A DNA stretch of 64,000 nucleotides, from contig OZ024745.1 of the NCBI GenBank assembly GCA_964016885.1, positions 42,966,001 through 43,030,000 of the forward strand, read 5' to 3'. The first letter of the stretch is position 1, and every line of letters starts with the position of its first letter. The notes under the pieces were generated by a model, which ran no database searches, was not told the DNA's origin, and was given only the letters and a program-made list of their open reading frames with translations. Origin of the DNA: Eledone cirrhosa (lineage: Eukaryota). The position numbers were made by a program, and so were the translations under genes. Of this stretch, positions 60,921-64,000 are shown piece after piece.

Positions 60921-63900
60921 CCCGTGGTCTGACTTATCATTGTGTCCCTTGCCCCCTTCCACCAGCACTCTCTAGCATGCTCCCTCCAGCATTCACTCAT
61001 AAGCTACTGCCCCCTCAAAAGACTTTTCACTCCTTAGCTTCTTCCCTCTCAAAAGCCCTTTGATACCCTCACTATAGCAGCCTAATAGCTGCTCTCGTTC
61101 CCCCATGCCCCTCCTACTAGCTGCTATCCTCACCCTCACTACACAACTCTACTCCATCCATGCCCTACTTGTTTTCATTCCTTAGCTGTTATCCCCAACC
61201 CCTAGATATCCTCACCATCACACCCTAGTAGCCACTCTTTTTACCCCAATGCACCTCACCCATGCCTCCACTATCACACCTTATTCTCTTCCTGGCATTG
61301 GTGAGTGCCACCCCCATTCCAGCATTAATTATCACAATCCATGCCCCCACCTCTTCCCCAGTCATCACCCTGTCAAATCACATCACACTTAGCTACTTCC
61401 TATCAACCCCCTTCCTCGAACAGAGAAGGCTCTCCTGTTGGGACAAGGAGCAGCCTGGTACACCCGGTAAGGTGGTTGGTGACAGGAAGTGCACCCCGCT
61501 GTGGAAATCATACCTATAAAAAAATGGGGTGGGTGAGAGGACTCTTTGGTCATGTCATGGTGCAACATCCTCTCCAGTGTTGGTGGTCTACACAATAAAT
61601 GTACCCAGAACATGCTATAAAGTGGTTGATGATAGGAAGGGCATCCAGCCATAGAAGGTCTGCCAAATAAAAGGTTGGGAGGATCTTTCAGTTGTGTCAA
61701 ACACATGACAACCTCTCTTGTGCACTTGATAGAACATAAGACCATACATAAGTGAGATGCAGACCCTTGGCCAATTTGGAAAGTCAGTAGCCCCGCTTCA
61801 GTACTGATTTCGTCTACATAGACCTGTTCAACCCTTGCTACCAGGGAAAGCAGATGTTAAACAATGATGATGATCATTTTATGTCCGTTTTTCCATGCTT
61901 TATATTATATATATATTAATATTATGTATTGAATTTGTTTATGAATGTATATATTATATATATGAATTTTTATTTTTTATGCTGTACATATACACATTTA
62001 TATTTGGTATGCCATGTTACTATGATTAATTTATTCTAGCTTTTTCATCATGCAGCAGTTTAATAAGTTGGTGGACACTTCTGTAGACAATAGCCATTCT
62101 GAATGCATCTTAGCAAACAATGCTCATCATTGAATTCATATGTTTTATCCTAACAAGTTTTGGATGCAACAACATGAATATTTTGATTATACAATCGTTG
62201 CGATCATGACGGGTGGGGTGGGTGGAATAGAATTCAGAGTTATATTTGTGAGATGGTATTGTATTGATTCCACAGAGTTAAATTCAGAAATCTCCACCAT
62301 GTCTATCATATAAATTGCTTGAAAGAAAACTTTTCATAAGTTTATAATTATTTCAGACTTTAACTTAATTCTAGAAATGAAAGCTTTTTCAATGTTTACA
62401 TCTACACAACATTTTAATCATTTTGATCATTAATCATTATCAGGTGTCTTTTAGACATGTAAATAGTAGTTGACTGGATTTAAATTGTGAACTAGAGTAA
62501 TAACATCCTCATGTATTATGTTACTGATCTATGTATGTTATTAAAATAATTTTAAAATAAGTGTACTTAGTTTGAATTTATTCTAATACTATGTGCACAT
62601 TCAAGAACCAGACACCTGATGACAATTAGAGTTCAAAGGAATCAAAACATTAGTGTATATGTAAATATTGAAACATTCTTCATCTCTAAGGATAAGTTAA
62701 TAATCTGAAAAATTATATATACTTTTATAAACATCTCATCTCAAACATTTAGAGGACTTTTCTGCTACTTGTGTTAGCCAGTAATTTCTCTACAGCCTTT
62801 AGATAATCTGATGACAGCCAATTCCATATCATTCTTCATGTCCCACATCTTAGGGTTTTGATTTCCAGGATTCTGTAGTTGAACAATATTGAGATGTTTC
62901 TTTCAAATCACATGTTCCCGATGATCAGTGAATGTGTCTCTGGTTAGCTCACACATAGTTTCCATCTGCATGAAGGAACATGTCTCACACAGTGATGACT
63001 AGGTACTTCTTGCTTACTATTCTTCTCTAGTCTCAAACTTGTATCCTTTCTTTGCACATTTCAATTTGCAGAGATATTGTTGCCATGTGTTGCAAGGTAC
63101 AAATTCTACCAAAGTATATGGTTAGTACTGTACAGTGAGCTGAGTGCAAAAAAAAAAAAAAAAAAAAAAAACTAACAAAAAACAACATTAAGCTGTCAAC
63201 AAAATTTCAACATCAATATTTCATAACTTCAAAACAATAAATTTGTTAAAACACACTTTTTCAAAATGAAAACATCTGCTAGCTATATCTAAAAGATCCA
63301 ATATCATTCTGCTTCTGGTAGATTATCAGATACATTCTAAAAGGTGGTTGTGCTAACCAACTTGGATGCAACAAAGTACTGGACACATTAAGGCAATGTG
63401 TACAATGTAAGTAAAAAGCACAACATAATGAAACAATATAAAGCACTAATTATCATAAACAATCAAAGATCATTTTACAAAATAAGAAGACAGCTTGGAC
63501 TCTACTTGCAAACAAAGTTGTTCACGTAAGCTTGACAAAAGCAGATGAAAAAATACAAGAATGATAAGAACATTTGTTAAAAGTTCAACTAAATATAATA
63601 ATAATATCACCAGAAAATACTTAACAGAAGCATACAAATTAAAAGACAAGACAAACTTTTAGAAATGGTGTTCAGTCTGGTGGTTACAGATGTAGCTAAC
63701 TTTATTTTTATTTATTTTAAAGATTTAAAATTCTTAATCAATATAGATGCATATTATAAACCTCCTTCTTCAAGCAGTCATCCAGTCAGCAAAGTATCTG
63801 CTGACAAGATATTTTTTATCTGCTCTGTGCCAAATAATTTTAATGCCTTCTGAAATCTGGGAGCAAATATTTAGTTATTCAACTTTGCTACTTCCCTCTA

Positions 63901-64000
63901 TGTTAATATCATTATCATTCCACAGATTAGAAAAGTGTCTGTTTTCCTATGAGAACATTCTGTAAAGTCTCCATCATAAATGCACGAGTTTGGATAAGTT

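Noticed and set aside
62000-64000. Further EXD3 exons, or a hAT transposase relic
   Set aside because: The segments I translated have stops in all minus frames and no DEDD exonuclease motifs; the similarity to a transposase is too faint to call

Overview
This is AT-rich, intron-rich animal genomic DNA, not prokaryotic. The repeat families (tRNA-head SINEs, RTE LINEs with (TGA)n tails) resemble those I recall from octopod cephalopods; that assignment is inference. Two host genes were reconstructed by hand, both on the minus strand. One is a complete 19-exon SEC63 (ATG 45057 to TAA 11645, 2343 nt CDS, 780 aa, all GT-AG junctions in frame). The other is the last four coding exons of an EXD3/mut-7 homolog (Mut7-C domain), which includes a GC-AG intron. 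Most of the rest is transposon-derived: a near-intact RTE LINE with one premature TAG in the last SEC63 intron, many RTE 3' fragments and SINEs, piggyBac-like MITEs, a ~2 kb tandem duplication containing non-autonomous Helitrons, a decayed CRE-like LINE, a Chapaev-like transposon relic and a Penelope-like relic. Most supplied ORFs are spurious. I see no clearly new biological system. The best leads concern RNA-level effects: an editable UAG in the RTE, inverted repeats flanking three phase-0 SEC63 exons, and an intronic pre-miRNA-like hairpin.
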